From Bacteroidales bacterium (GTDB lineage: Bacteria > Bacteroidota > Bacteroidia > Bacteroidales > VadinHA17): 64,000 nt of DNA. The DNA lies in NCBI GenBank assembly GCA_029974835.1, contig JARKQN010000022.1:699-64698 (forward strand). The letters run 5' to 3'. Of this stretch, positions 1-10,439 are shown in pieces. Numbering within the stretch: position 1 is the first letter of the stretch; the number at the start of each line of letters is the position of its first letter. The notes beneath the pieces are model-generated. The model had not been told where the DNA came from, searched no databases, and saw nothing but the letters and a program-made list of their open reading frames with translations. A program made the translations under genes and the position numbers.

Positions 1-2
1 TA

Positions 3-10
3 TACCTTTG
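3..10 (+). promoter_or_regulatory. Bacteroidota sigma-A -7 element (TACCTTTG) for miaB
   Basis: Matches the TAnnTTTG consensus, 22 nt before the miaB ATG. Confidence 0.6.
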
Positions 11-32
11 TGCCGCATATCACCTCAACTGA

Positions 33-1358
33 ATGGCTGAGAAAAAACTATATATCGAAACTTACGGCTGCCAGATGAACGTGGCCGACAGCGAAATCGT
101 GGCGTCGGTTATGAAGGAGGCAGGATACACCATCACGCGCGAAATCTCCGCTGCCGACCTTATTCTGATAAACACCTGTTCGATCCGTGAAAACGCCGAG
201 CAGAAAGTAATGGGAAGACTAAAGGAAATGAAGGCACTGAAAAGAAAAAATCCTTCCCTTACGATCGGCGTGATAGGTTGCATGGCCGAACGTCTCAAAG
301 AGTCGCTATTCGAAAAAGGCCTGCCCGTTGAACTGGTAGCCGGACCCGACGCATACAGAAATCTTCCCGAACTTGTAACGGATGCGGAGACAGGACAAAA
401 CAGGGTGAATGTAATCCTTTCCGACGAAGAGACCTACTCCGATATTGACCCTGTCCGCTCCACGGAAAACGGCGTAACTGCATTCATATCAATAATGAGA
501 GGCTGCAATAATTTCTGCTCATACTGCGTGGTCCCTTACGTAAGGGGCAGGGAAAGAAGCCGCGATCCCGGCTCAATTGTAAATGAGGCAGCCGGCCTGT
601 TCCGCAGCGGATACCGCGAGGTGACTCTTATAGGCCAGAACGTAAACTCATGGCAGTGGCAGGAGAATGGCAGGCCGGTACATTTCCCCGAACTTCTTCG
701 CAGAGTGGCAGCAACCGACCCCCTTCTGAGGGTGAGATTCTCCACGTCACATCCGAAAGACCTCTCCGACGAACTTCTTGACGTTATTGCTTCACATGAA
801 AATATCTGTAAGCACATACACCTTCCCGTCCAGAGCGGAAGCACACGCATACTTAAGCTGATGAACAGGCAATATACCCGCGAATGGTATCTGGGCCGCA
901 TTGAAGCCATAAGGAGAATCATACCCGGATGCTCCGTTTCAACAGATATAATTGCAGGGTTTTGCACTGAAACGGAGGAGGATCATCTGCAGACATTATC
1001 ACTTATGGAAACAGCCGGCTTCGACTTTGCCTATATGTTCAAATACAATGAAAGGCCCGGCACCGGTGCTGCAAAAAAACTGCCTGATGATGTGCCCGAC
1101 GAAGTAAAAACACGTCGGCTGAATGAAATTATCAGCCTGCAGAACAGGCTCTCTGCCGAAAGCAAGAAAGCCGACATTGGAAAAGTGTACCGTGTTCTTG
1201 CCGAAGGCACTTCAAAAAGATCGGCCGGCCATCTCTTCGGACGTAACTCGCAGAATAAAGTGGTTGTTTTCCCGAAGGGCAACATCAAAACCGGTGATTA
1301 TGTTGATGTTATTATCAGGAAAGCAACATCGGCAACCCTGAGCGGTGATATTGTGTAA
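33..1358 (+). CDS. miaB: tRNA-2-methylthio-N6-dimethylallyladenosine synthase MiaB
   Basis: N-terminal ETYGCQMN motif, radical SAM CNNFCSYC (CxxxCxxC), C-terminal TRAM domain. Confidence 0.95.
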   Translation: MAEKKLYIETYGCQMNVADSEIVASVMKEAGYTITREISAADLILINTCSIRENAEQKVMGRLKEMKALKRKNPSLTIGVIGCMAERLKESLFEKGLPVELVAGPDAYRNLPELVTDAETGQNRVNVILSDEETYSDIDPVRSTENGVTAFISIMRGCNNFCSYCVVPYVRGRERSRDPGSIVNEAAGLFRSGYREVTLIGQNVNSWQWQENGRPVHFPELLRRVAATDPLLRVRFSTSHPKDLSDELLDVIASHENICKHIHLPVQSGSTRILKLMNRQYTREWYLGRIEAIRRIIPGCSVSTDIIAGFCTETEEDHLQTLSLMETAGFDFAYMFKYNERPGTGAAKKLPDDVPDEVKTRRLNEIISLQNRLSAESKKADIGKVYRVLAEGTSKRSAGHLFGRNSQNKVVVFPKGNIKTGDYVDVIIRKATSATLSGDIV

Positions 1359-1416
1359 TTACCTGCTGCCAAAATCCGTCAATAAATTGTAAATTGCATC
1401 CGGTAACAGGTCAGCC

Positions 1417-2127
1417 ATGAGATATTTCGCATTTATTGCAATCGTATTGTCGGTTACAGTGTCAAACCCTCTTGCCGGACAGAAACCGGGCAAAAATTAT
1501 GTTGTGTCCGGCAGGGTTACCGATGCTTCAGAAACCCCGTTAAACGGTGCAGTGATACTTATAAACAATAAGGCAACCGAAGTCAAGACCGATGAAAAGG
1601 GGATTTACCGGGTAAGAGTCAGGCCTTCAGATACATTAATATCTGCGTTTTTCATTAAGGCCGGCATGAAGGAAGAAAGACTCGACGGCAGAACCGTCAT
1701 CGATTTCAGGCTTTCGGGTAACACAGCAGGCAGGCAGACCGGGAATATATCAGAGGCTGATGAACAGGAAATAAATGTGGGGTACGGTACAGTGAAAAGG
1801 AAGGACCTTACAACTTCCGTTGGACGGATAAACGGGTCTGCCGGCAAGTACGCTTCCTATTCAAACATTTACGACATGATTAAGGGAGAAGTGCCTGGCG
1901 TGCAGGTTTCGGGTAAAAAGATAACCATACAGGGCCCGACTTCAATTAACATGAGTACCGACCCGCTGATAATTGTAAACGGTATTGAAACATCATCAAT
2001 TGACGATATTTCTCCCCAGCAGGTAAAATCAATTGAAGTGCTTAAAGGGTCATCCGCATCCATTTACGGGTCGAGAGGGGCCAACGGTGTGATTCTTATC
2101 ACCCTTACCGGATCGGAAAGGAAATAG
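1417..2127 (+). CDS. Secreted SusC-like protein with N-terminal Ig-like (CarboxypepD_reg-like) and TonB-dependent receptor plug domains, no beta-barrel
   Basis: Signal peptide, VSGRVTD..PLNGAVI, VGYGTVKRKDLT, IEVLKG..ASIYGSRGANGVILIT; the protein ends right after the plug. Confidence 0.85.
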   Translation: MRYFAFIAIVLSVTVSNPLAGQKPGKNYVVSGRVTDASETPLNGAVILINNKATEVKTDEKGIYRVRVRPSDTLISAFFIKAGMKEERLDGRTVIDFRLSGNTAGRQTGNISEADEQEINVGYGTVKRKDLTTSVGRINGSAGKYASYSNIYDMIKGEVPGVQVSGKKITIQGPTSINMSTDPLIIVNGIETSSIDDISPQQVKSIEVLKGSSASIYGSRGANGVILITLTGSERK

Positions 2128-2132
2128 CCTGT

Positions 2133-3890
2133 TTACCGCGCGGGCTTACGGATGGAAATCATCAGCTCATCCAGTTGTTTAGCCGAAATTTCCGCCGGGG
2201 AATCGAGCATAATATCCCTTCCTGAGTTGTTTTTCGGGAATGCAATCACTTCCCTGATTGAATCTTCGCCTGCGAAAAGGGCCGTCCATCTGTCGAAACC
2301 GAAGGCAATACCACCGTGAGGCGGTGCGCCGTACCTGAAGGCGTTTATAAGAAATCCGAACTGTGCTTCAGCCTCATCAGGTGTAAAACCGAGTGCCCTG
2401 AACATCCTCCGCTGAACATCTGAATCGTGTATCCTTACCGAGCCGCCGCCGATCTCCGTTCCGTTGATTACAAGATCGTAAGCGTTAGCTCTTACCGCTG
2501 CAGGATCGGTTTCGAGCAGGGGCAGATCTTCCGGCAAAGGAGAAGTGAAGGGATGATGCTTTGCAAAGAAACGCTTCTCTTCCTCATCCCACTCAAGAAG
2601 AGGAAAGCCGGTGACCCACAGCGGCCTGAAAACATTCCTGTCTCTCAGTCCGAGCCTGTTACCCATTTCCAGCCTCAGTTCAGAAAGTGCGGTCAGTGTC
2701 TTTTCGCGCCTGCCCGACATGATCAGAATGAGAGAACCCGGTTCCGCAGCTGCCTTCTCAACTATTGCTTTTAACTCTTCAGGAGTATAATACTTCTCAA
2801 CCGATGACTTCACCGTTCCGTCAACACCATATTTTATTGCAACCAGTCCGGATGCTCCCACCTGCGGCCTCCTGACAAATTCTGTCAGTTCGTCAGTCTG
2901 CTTTCTGGAATATTCCGAACATCCCGGAGCGGAGATACAACCCGTGAATTCGGCCTGATCGAACATTGCAAAACCTTTTCCCCTTACCTCAGAGGTTATA
3001 TCATGTATTTCCATGCCAAACCTCAGGTCGGGCTTGTCGGTTCCGTAACGGCTCATGGCATCAGCGTAATTCATCCTCGGGAAATCCTCCCTGATGTCGA
3101 TACCTTTTATTTCCCTGAACAGGTGTTTTGCCAGCCCTTCGAAGGTCTGCAGTATATCATTCTGTTCCACGAAAGACATCTCGCAGTCGATCTGTGTAAA
3201 TTCGGGCTGACGGTCGGAGCGCAGGTCCTCATCGCGGAAACATCTTACCAGCTGAAAATATCTGTCGAATCCTGCAACCATCAGCAGTTGCTTGAATGTC
3301 TGTGGCGATTGCGGCAGGGCATAGAACGTACCCGGCTGAAGCCTTGAGGGAACAACGAAATCGCGGGCTCCCTCAGGTGTGGATTTTATCAGTACAGGCG
3401 TCTCTATCTCAAGAAATCCCATCGAGTCGAGATATTTTCTCACTTCCCGGGCCATCCTGTGCCGGAGTATCATATTATCCCTCAGGCACGGTCTTCTGAG
3501 GTCGAGATACCTGAATTTCATCCTCAGCTCCTCTCCTCCGTCCGTTTCGTCCTCAATGGTAAAAGGTGGTATTTCACTGTTGTTCAAAACATTGAACTCT
3601 TCAACCACTATTTCTATTTCACCCGTCGGGATTTTCTGGTTTTTATTGCTTCTTTCCCTCACCACACCGGTGGCCGAAACAACGAATTCCCTGCCGAGTT
3701 CCCTTGCCCTGTTGCAGAGATCTGCATTATTTTCCATACTAAAGACAAGCTGCGTTATTCCATACCTGTCGCGCAGGTCGATGAAAGTCATTCCCCCGAA
3801 ATCTCTCGATCTCTGAACCCAGCCGCAGAGAGTGACCCTGCTGCCGCTATCCTTAAGTCTGAGCTCACCGCAAGTGTGTGTCCTGTACAT
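2133..3890 (-). CDS. aspS: Aspartate--tRNA ligase
   Basis: [11 protein letters not shown] start, [28 protein letters not shown] class II motifs. Confidence 0.97.
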   Translation of the reverse strand: MYRTHTCGELRLKDSGSRVTLCGWVQRSRDFGGMTFIDLRDRYGITQLVFSMENNADLCNRARELGREFVVSATGVVRERSNKNQKIPTGEIEIVVEEFNVLNNSEIPPFTIEDETDGGEELRMKFRYLDLRRPCLRDNMILRHRMAREVRKYLDSMGFLEIETPVLIKSTPEGARDFVVPSRLQPGTFYALPQSPQTFKQLLMVAGFDRYFQLVRCFRDEDLRSDRQPEFTQIDCEMSFVEQNDILQTFEGLAKHLFREIKGIDIREDFPRMNYADAMSRYGTDKPDLRFGMEIHDITSEVRGKGFAMFDQAEFTGCISAPGCSEYSRKQTDELTEFVRRPQVGASGLVAIKYGVDGTVKSSVEKYYTPEELKAIVEKAAAEPGSLILIMSGRREKTLTALSELRLEMGNRLGLRDRNVFRPLWVTGFPLLEWDEEEKRFFAKHHPFTSPLPEDLPLLETDPAAVRANAYDLVINGTEIGGGSVRIHDSDVQRRMFRALGFTPDEAEAQFGFLINAFRYGAPPHGGIAFGFDRWTALFAGEDSIREVIAFPKNNSGRDIMLDSPAEISAKQLDELMISIRKPAR

Positions 3891-3906
3891 TCGATCAAAA
3901 TTTCAG

Positions 3907-4000
3907 CAAAAATAAGAAAATAGTTCCTGCATCACTTACAGCAGTGTATAAAACACTTCCCGGGCCTCCTCTTCCTGCTTGTATTTTCTTATTACCTTTG
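3907..4000. promoter_or_regulatory. Divergent -7 elements for aspS (TATTTTTG, minus, 3907-3914) and tadA (TACCTTTG, plus, 3993-4000)
   Basis: Two TAnnTTTG matches pointing outward, each about 17 nt before a start codon. Confidence 0.6.
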
Positions 4001-4017
4001 CCTGAAGTACCGATCCG

Positions 4018-4476
4018 ATGAAAGAGGCGCAAGCAGATGAGATGTATATGAAGGCTGCCATGGATGAGGCCTTTAAGGCGCTTGACAAAGACGAAGTGCC
4101 TGTTGGGGCCGTGATTGTTGCCGGAGGAAGGATAATTGCCAGGGCGCATAATCTCACCGAAACGCTGAATGACCCTACTGCCCATGCGGAAATGCAGGCC
4201 ATAACCGCTGCGGCGAACTTTCTCGGAGGGAAATACCTTTCGGGATGTACCATTTATATAACTGTTGAGCCGTGCCCGATGTGCGCCGGTGCCCTTAACT
4301 GGAGCCAGATAGATGAAGTGGTTTACGGGGCGCCCGATTTAAAAAGAGGCTACAGGACTATCTCCGCAGACATGCTTCACCCGAAAACAAAAGTGAGAAA
4401 CGGTATCCTTGAAAAGGAATGCAGCGAAATAATGACCGGCTTCTTCGGCACTAAAAGGAAGACCAGGCTTAAATGA
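4018..4476 (+). CDS. tadA: tRNA adenosine(34) deaminase / nucleoside deaminase
   Basis: EVPVGAV, AHAE and PCPMC zinc motifs. Confidence 0.88.
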   Translation: MKEAQADEMYMKAAMDEAFKALDKDEVPVGAVIVAGGRIIARAHNLTETLNDPTAHAEMQAITAAANFLGGKYLSGCTIYITVEPCPMCAGALNWSQIDEVVYGAPDLKRGYRTISADMLHPKTKVRNGILEKECSEIMTGFFGTKRKTRLK

Positions 4477-4497
4477 GAATCTTAAAAACCTGAAAAA

Positions 4498-4998
4498 ATG
4501 ATAATTGAGAACAGCAAGGCAATTATAAGCATGAGGATAAAGCTCTTTGCCGTTACGGTACTCTTTATTGTCTACATCATTCTGGCCTATTTTGCCAAAG
4601 TCATCAGGTTCCCGGTGCTTGGACTGACAGACACATGGATGACATTGATTCTCATTGCCCTCTATTTCCTTTACCTGGTATACCCTATGGCTCTTAATTA
4701 CCAGTATATCTATTATTCGGATGAAGGGGAAAAACTGGTCTTCAGGTTTTTTGTCGCCGGCTTTATAGGCGGCAAAAAGAATTCAATCGAAATCAACAAG
4801 ACGGATTATGCAGGTTACCGGAGTGAAAAGAGAATGTTCGGACTGATGCATAGTGTGATTCTGTTTCAGAATGTCAAAGGGGGGATAGCCAAATATCCTC
4901 CTGTTTACATAAGTCTCCTGAAAAAGGAAGAGAGAAAAAAACTGCTTTACTCTCTTTACCGCCACGCTCCGGCCGATGCCAGGGAGATAAAAGAATAA
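4498..4998 (+). CDS. Hypothetical membrane protein (two TM helices plus soluble C-terminal domain)
   Basis: 166 aa ORF co-oriented with its neighbours, with two hydrophobic stretches. Confidence 0.7.
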   Translation: MIIENSKAIISMRIKLFAVTVLFIVYIILAYFAKVIRFPVLGLTDTWMTLILIALYFLYLVYPMALNYQYIYYSDEGEKLVFRFFVAGFIGGKKNSIEINKTDYAGYRSEKRMFGLMHSVILFQNVKGGIAKYPPVYISLLKKEERKKLLYSLYRHAPADAREIKE

Positions 4999-5079
4999 TA
5001 TGAGTAAAATCATTTTTAATGTACTGTAAACGAACAACCTTTGTGTCAGTTTTTTCTTTTTAAACCAAAATTCCAACCC

Positions 5080-6417
5080 ATGAACGTAGACAAAATAATG
5101 AGCAGCCTCGAGAAGAAGCATCCCGGCGAGGTTGAATATCTTCAGGCAGTGCGCGAAGTGCTTGAATCGATTGAGGAAGTGTACAACGAAAATCCGCAGT
5201 TTGAAGCTGCAGGCATTATTGAACGGATTGTGGAGCCCGACAGGGTGATCATTTTTAAAGTGCCATGGGCCGACGATGAAGGCAATGTTAATGTTAACCT
5301 TGGATACAGGATTCAGTTCAACAACGCCATCGGACCGTACAAGGGAGGCCTCAGGTTCCACCCGAGCGTCAACCTCTCCATTCTGAAGTTTCTCGGCTTC
5401 GAACAGATATTCAAGAACTCTCTTACAACATTGCCTATGGGAGGAGCCAAGGGCGGATCGGATTTCAATCCCAAAGGCAAATCGAATGCCGAAATTATGC
5501 GTTTCTGCCAGTCTTTTATGCTTGAACTCTGGAAACATATCGGCCCTGAAATAGATGTTCCTGCAGGAGACATCGGAGTGGGAGGCCGCGAAATCGGTTT
5601 TCTCTACGGTATGTACAAGAGACTGAAGGGAGACCACACCGGAGTCCTTACAGGCAAAGGAATCAACTGGGGCGGATCACTTATCAGGCCTGAGGCTACA
5701 GGTTTCGGTTGTGTATATTTTGCCAGCGAGATGCTAGCCACACGCGGAGAGTCGTTTGCCGGAAAAAGAGTGGCCATATCCGGATTCGGCAATGTGGCAT
5801 GGGGTGCAGCCCTTAAAGCAACAGAACTTGGCGGAAAAGTTGTAACCATCTCCGGCCCCGACGGATATATCTACGACCCTGAGGGCATTTCGGGAAAGAA
5901 AATCGAATATATGCTCGAACTGAGAGCATCAAACGAAGATATCGTCAGTCCCTACGCAAAGGAGTTCCCCGGCAGTGAGTTCCATCAGGGGAAAAGACCA
6001 TGGGAGGTGAAGGTAGATATCGCCCTGCCATGCGCAACACAGAACGAACTGGATGAGAATGACGCAAAAAACCTGGTAAATAACGGATGTATCTGCGTAT
6101 GCGAAGGTGCAAATATGCCCAGCACACCTGGAGCAATTGAGATTTTCCAGAACAACGGCCTTCTCTTTGCACCGGGTAAAGCTGCTAACGCCGGCGGTGT
6201 GGCAACATCAGGACTGGAAATGTCGCAGAATTCGATGAAGCTCAGCTGGAGCAAAAACGAGGTTGACAGCCGGCTTCACGAAATAATGAAAAACATACAT
6301 ATCCAGTGCGTTAAGAACGGAAAGCGCCAGGACGGATACGTTGATTACGTTAAAGGAGCAAATATTGCCGGATTCCTTAAGGTGGCAAACGCCATGCTCG
6401 ACATGGGTCTCATCTGA
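5080..6417 (+). CDS. gdhA: NAD(P)-specific glutamate dehydrogenase
   Basis: GPYKGGLRFHP, GGAKGGSDF, PAGDIGVG, RPEATGFG, GFGNV; start placed at ATG 5080 (MNVDKIM). Confidence 0.95.
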   Translation: MNVDKIMSSLEKKHPGEVEYLQAVREVLESIEEVYNENPQFEAAGIIERIVEPDRVIIFKVPWADDEGNVNVNLGYRIQFNNAIGPYKGGLRFHPSVNLSILKFLGFEQIFKNSLTTLPMGGAKGGSDFNPKGKSNAEIMRFCQSFMLELWKHIGPEIDVPAGDIGVGGREIGFLYGMYKRLKGDHTGVLTGKGINWGGSLIRPEATGFGCVYFASEMLATRGESFAGKRVAISGFGNVAWGAALKATELGGKVVTISGPDGYIYDPEGISGKKIEYMLELRASNEDIVSPYAKEFPGSEFHQGKRPWEVKVDIALPCATQNELDENDAKNLVNNGCICVCEGANMPSTPGAIEIFQNNGLLFAPGKAANAGGVATSGLEMSQNSMKLSWSKNEVDSRLHEIMKNIHIQCVKNGKRQDGYVDYVKGANIAGFLKVANAMLDMGLI

Positions 6418-6429
6418 TTCCGGCTGCTG

Positions 6430-6456
6430 TCTGCCTGTAAACTCTGTACAGGCAGA
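6430..6456 (+). terminator. Stem-loop after gdhA
   Basis: Perfect 10 bp stem TCTGCCTGTA/TACAGGCAGA, followed by TTAAATTTTT. Confidence 0.55.
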
Positions 6457-6479
6457 TTAAATTTTTAATCAAAATCAGG

Positions 6480-6558
6480 GAAGAGGCTGTCCCAAAACAG
6501 GGTTAACTACAGAAGTTTTGTGCGGTTAACCGATTTTAGGCTTTGGGGAAGCCTCTTC
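6480..6558. repeat. 79 bp nested inverted-repeat element (MITE/REP-like or long terminator)
   Basis: Ends GAAGAGGCTGTCCCAAA / TTTGGGGAAGCCTCTTC (15/17 inverted match), inner GGTTAAC/GTTAACC, then a T-tract. Confidence 0.55.
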
Positions 6559-6713
6559 TGTTTTTTCTTTAACACCAGGAAAAAATAAATACTTCTTCTA
6601 CGGCCGGTTATTACTTAATGCCTCAGCCATGCGTCCCCTTCAGAGAGGTTACAGGGTAAACAACCTGATAAAAATTTTTTCTATATTTGTTCTATGTCTC
6701 ATTCCCGCGTGCT

Positions 6714-7823
6714 ATGGAAGAAATACCTCTTAAGTACAAAATCGCTCTCAGCCTTATTCCCCGTATCGGCGATATAAACGCCCGCAAGCTTGTTTCGTAT
6801 ATCGGCAGCGTGGAGGGGGTTTTCCGCGAACCGTACCGATCCCTGATAAAAATTCCGGGCATCGGCTCCTCCCTTGCCAGATATATAAGCGATAAATCAT
6901 ACCTCAAAACGGCAGAAAAGGAGGCTGAATTTGTTGAAAAGAAAAAAATCAGGACCTTTTTCTATCTCGACAACGACTATCCCTACAGGCTTAAACAGTG
7001 CGACGACTCGCCCGTACTATTCTTTTTCAAAGGAAACTGCGACCTCAATGCACCCAGAATTCTAAGCATCGTTGGAACAAGAAATGCCACTTCAAGGGGC
7101 AGGGAGATTTGCGACCGCATCATCACCGGACTTGCAGCTGACAATCCCGGGCTGGTGATAGTCAGCGGACTCGCATACGGGATAGACATTGCGGCACATA
7201 AAAGCGCCCTTGCAAATAAGCTTCCCACCATCGGTGTTCTGGGACATGGATTCAATGCCCTTTATCCGTCCGTCCACAGGCCGGTGGCAGCTTCGATGCT
7301 GGAAAACGGGGGCCTTATTACAGATTTCAGGTCGGATGAGAAGCCCGAGCGAAACAATTTCATAAAAAGAAACAGGATTATTGCCGGAATATCCGATGCT
7401 ACGCTGGTAGTGGAATCTGCTGTGGAAGGCGGGGCACTTATAACGGCCGATATAGCCAACTCTTACAACAGGGATGTCTTTGCAGTACCCGGCAGAGTAG
7501 ACGATACCTGGTCGGGAGGCTGTAATAACCTGATAAAAAGAAACAAGGCGGCACTTGTTGAGAATCATGAGGATATTGAATATTTACTCGACTGGAAGCC
7601 TCAGAAAGCTCCTGCTCCCGTGCAAAGGGTTCTTTTCTCAGAACTTACCGGTGAAGAGAAGAAAATATTTGAAATTCTCGCAAAAGAAGGAGAGATGAAC
7701 ATTGATCCTTTATCGAGGGAGTCCGGTATCCCGGTTCAGAAACTGTCGACACTTCTCCTTAATATGGAATTCAACGGAATTGTTAAAAGTCGTCCCGGTA
7801 ACATGTACGGGGTTTCCTCATAA
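6714..7823 (+). CDS. dprA: DNA-processing protein DprA
   Basis: SIVGTRNAT, VSGLAYGID, RNRIIAG, GGALITA, VFAVPG; C-terminal winged helix; -7 element TATATTTG at 6682-6689 supports ATG 6714. Confidence 0.93.
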   Translation: MEEIPLKYKIALSLIPRIGDINARKLVSYIGSVEGVFREPYRSLIKIPGIGSSLARYISDKSYLKTAEKEAEFVEKKKIRTFFYLDNDYPYRLKQCDDSPVLFFFKGNCDLNAPRILSIVGTRNATSRGREICDRIITGLAADNPGLVIVSGLAYGIDIAAHKSALANKLPTIGVLGHGFNALYPSVHRPVAASMLENGGLITDFRSDEKPERNNFIKRNRIIAGISDATLVVESAVEGGALITADIANSYNRDVFAVPGRVDDTWSGGCNNLIKRNKAALVENHEDIEYLLDWKPQKAPAPVQRVLFSELTGEEKKIFEILAKEGEMNIDPLSRESGIPVQKLSTLLLNMEFNGIVKSRPGNMYGVSS

Positions 7824-8048
7824 TATAACTAATAATTTATTCCGCACTAAGAAAAAGGTCTGTATTTCAGGGAAGTCTGTACTACGGCTTCCGGCTAATG
7901 CTTTCAATCATTAATCAGATTATAATATTGTATATGAATATCTTAAATGCGCCGTAAGATTGTTTTGTTTCGCTGTGATTGATAATTGAAAGTTATTTTA
8001 AGATATGTTTCCTATTTTTGATAAATTCGCATGCTTTTAAATGTGTTT

Positions 8049-8822
8049 ATGAGATTTATTGACACACATACACACATCTATCTGCCGGAATTTGACGGCG
8101 ACAGGGATGATGCCGTTAAGAGAGCAATCGATAACGGTGTTGTAAAACTGCTTATGCCCGACATTGATGTCAGGTCGGCTCCGTCAATGGTTTCTGCAGC
8201 CGAACGCTACAAAGGCACCTGCATGATGATGGCCGGGCTGCATCCCTCCTCGGTGCAGGCCGACTACCTGGAACAGCTCAGGGAGAAAGAAATACTTGCA
8301 GCCGACAGAAGGGTTATTGCCATAGGGGAAACGGGAATTGACCTTTACAGGGATACGACCTATGCTGACGAACAGGTTATTTCGTTCAGGCGCCACCTGG
8401 AGTGGGCTGTAGAGTTCAACCTGCCTGCTGTCGTACATGTCAGAAAGGCTTTCCCCGAAGTCTTCAGCGTTATGAAACAATTTAAGGGAACCCGCCTCCG
8501 GGGAGTCTTCCATGCTTTCTCCGGCGGTATAGAAGAAGCCCGAAAGGCTATCTCATTTAACTTTATGCTGGGCATCGGTGGCGTGGTGACATTTAAAAAT
8601 TCATCTCTCGGCAAAATCGTATCGGAAACCGGCCCTGATCATATTCTCCTCGAAACCGACTCGCCGTTTCTCGCCCCGGTACCCTTCAGGGGAAAGAGAA
8701 ATGAAAGTGCCTATATACCTCTCATCAACAGGAAAGTGGCAGAAATATTTGGTACAAGCGAAGAAAAATGTGCTGAAATAACAACAGGCAATGCACTAAA
8801 AATGTTTGGAAAAGATGAATAA
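8049..8822 (+). CDS. tatD: TatD family hydrolase
   Basis: DTHTH, GLHP, AIGETGID, LETDSPFL motifs. Confidence 0.92.
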   Translation: MRFIDTHTHIYLPEFDGDRDDAVKRAIDNGVVKLLMPDIDVRSAPSMVSAAERYKGTCMMMAGLHPSSVQADYLEQLREKEILAADRRVIAIGETGIDLYRDTTYADEQVISFRRHLEWAVEFNLPAVVHVRKAFPEVFSVMKQFKGTRLRGVFHAFSGGIEEARKAISFNFMLGIGGVVTFKNSSLGKIVSETGPDHILLETDSPFLAPVPFRGKRNESAYIPLINRKVAEIFGTSEEKCAEITTGNALKMFGKDE

Positions 8823-9855
8823 AAAGAGTCCCTCCATACTGCTGATTTATACCGGCGGCACAATAGGCATGGTTAACGACCCTCACAAGGGCACGCTCGT
8901 GCCGATTAACTTCAGTCATATATCCGACCAGGTGCCGGAACTTAAGAAATTCGGATTTAACATAAGTTCAATCACACTCGAGCCGGTCATTGATTCATCC
9001 AACGTCGATCCCGACAAATGGGTAATTATGGCCGGACTCATCGAGCAGCATTACGAGCAGCACGACGGATTTGTCATACTCCACGGCACAGATACCATGG
9101 CATACTCCGCTTCTGCCCTCAGTTTTATGCTCGAAAACCTTGAAAAACCGGTAATATTCACGGGGTCACAGCTCCCGATCGGAGTCCTCAGAACTGACGG
9201 CAAGGAAAACCTGATAACTGCAATTGAGATAGCAGCAGAGTCAAACAACGGGATACCTGCAACACCCGAGGTTTGTATCTATTTCGACAAGAAACTCATG
9301 AGGGGAAACCGTACAACCAAAAGCAGCGCCGAACAGTTTGAGGCCTTCATCTCACCTAATTATCCCTGTCTGGCAGAGGCCGGCCTCCACATAAAGTATA
9401 ACAGGAACTTTATCAGGTATCCCGGACTCAGGACCAATCTTAAAGTAAATAAAAAGCTTAACACCGATATAGCAGTATTGAAACTTTTCCCCGGGATAAG
9501 TCAGAAATTCCTGAAATCCGTTATAAATACAGAAGGACTGCGGGCGCTTATTATTGAAACCTTCGGATCGGGCAATGCACCAACTTACGGCTGGTTTCTC
9601 GATGAACTGGCAGGCTTCATAAAACGTGGAGGCATCATTCTGAACGTGACACAGTGCCATGGAGGTGCTGTTGAAATGGGGCTCTACGAAACCAGCCGGG
9701 AACTTCTGAATGCCGGAGTTACAAGCGGTCTGGATATTACCTCCGAGGCAGCCGTGACAAAGATGATGTACCTGCTGGGAAAATATGACGACAGGAATAA
9801 GATTATTGAAAAACTCGGGAAGTCGCTTGCAGGAGAAATAAGCACGAATGTATAA
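8815..9855 (+). CDS. ansA: L-asparaginase type I
   Basis: IYTGGTIGM, HGTDTMAY and TGSQLP motifs; start overlaps the tatD 3' end. Confidence 0.93.
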   Translation: MNKKSPSILLIYTGGTIGMVNDPHKGTLVPINFSHISDQVPELKKFGFNISSITLEPVIDSSNVDPDKWVIMAGLIEQHYEQHDGFVILHGTDTMAYSASALSFMLENLEKPVIFTGSQLPIGVLRTDGKENLITAIEIAAESNNGIPATPEVCIYFDKKLMRGNRTTKSSAEQFEAFISPNYPCLAEAGLHIKYNRNFIRYPGLRTNLKVNKKLNTDIAVLKLFPGISQKFLKSVINTEGLRALIIETFGSGNAPTYGWFLDELAGFIKRGGIILNVTQCHGGAVEMGLYETSRELLNAGVTSGLDITSEAAVTKMMYLLGKYDDRNKIIEKLGKSLAGEISTNV

Positions 9856-9912
9856 CGGGGAGAAAAATTTATTTATTTTTGCCCCGCCGGAGTACAACCC
9901 GGATTATTTTCA

Positions 9913-10177
<265 letters not shown>

Positions 10178-10204
10178 CTCCTTTCCCCGAAAACCCGGCA
10201 CTGA

Positions 10205-10234
10205 CACTCACTCTCACACTCACACTCACACTCA
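10205..10234. repeat. Hexamer microsatellite (C(A/T)CTCA)x5
   Basis: CACTCA CTCTCA CACTCA CACTCA CACTCA. Confidence 0.85.
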
Positions 10235-10439
10235 TAAGCTGGCGGTGTATAAGGTGAAAAGAAACCATAAAATCCCTGCCTCCCGCAAGTGAAATATAAA
10301 CAAGACCTTAATTATACCATGAATTTTTAAATTTGATGTCTGTAAAGTTATTTTGAAACACTTTGGTTCGTTTCTGCGTATTGTAAGATTAACATCAATA
10401 ATGCGGAACAAGGAAGTGTCTGGTGAGTTTTCACAAACC

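Noticed and set aside
4783-5637. 284 aa minus-strand ORF
   Set aside because: Antisense shadow of gdhA and its upstream gene; no recognisable motifs.
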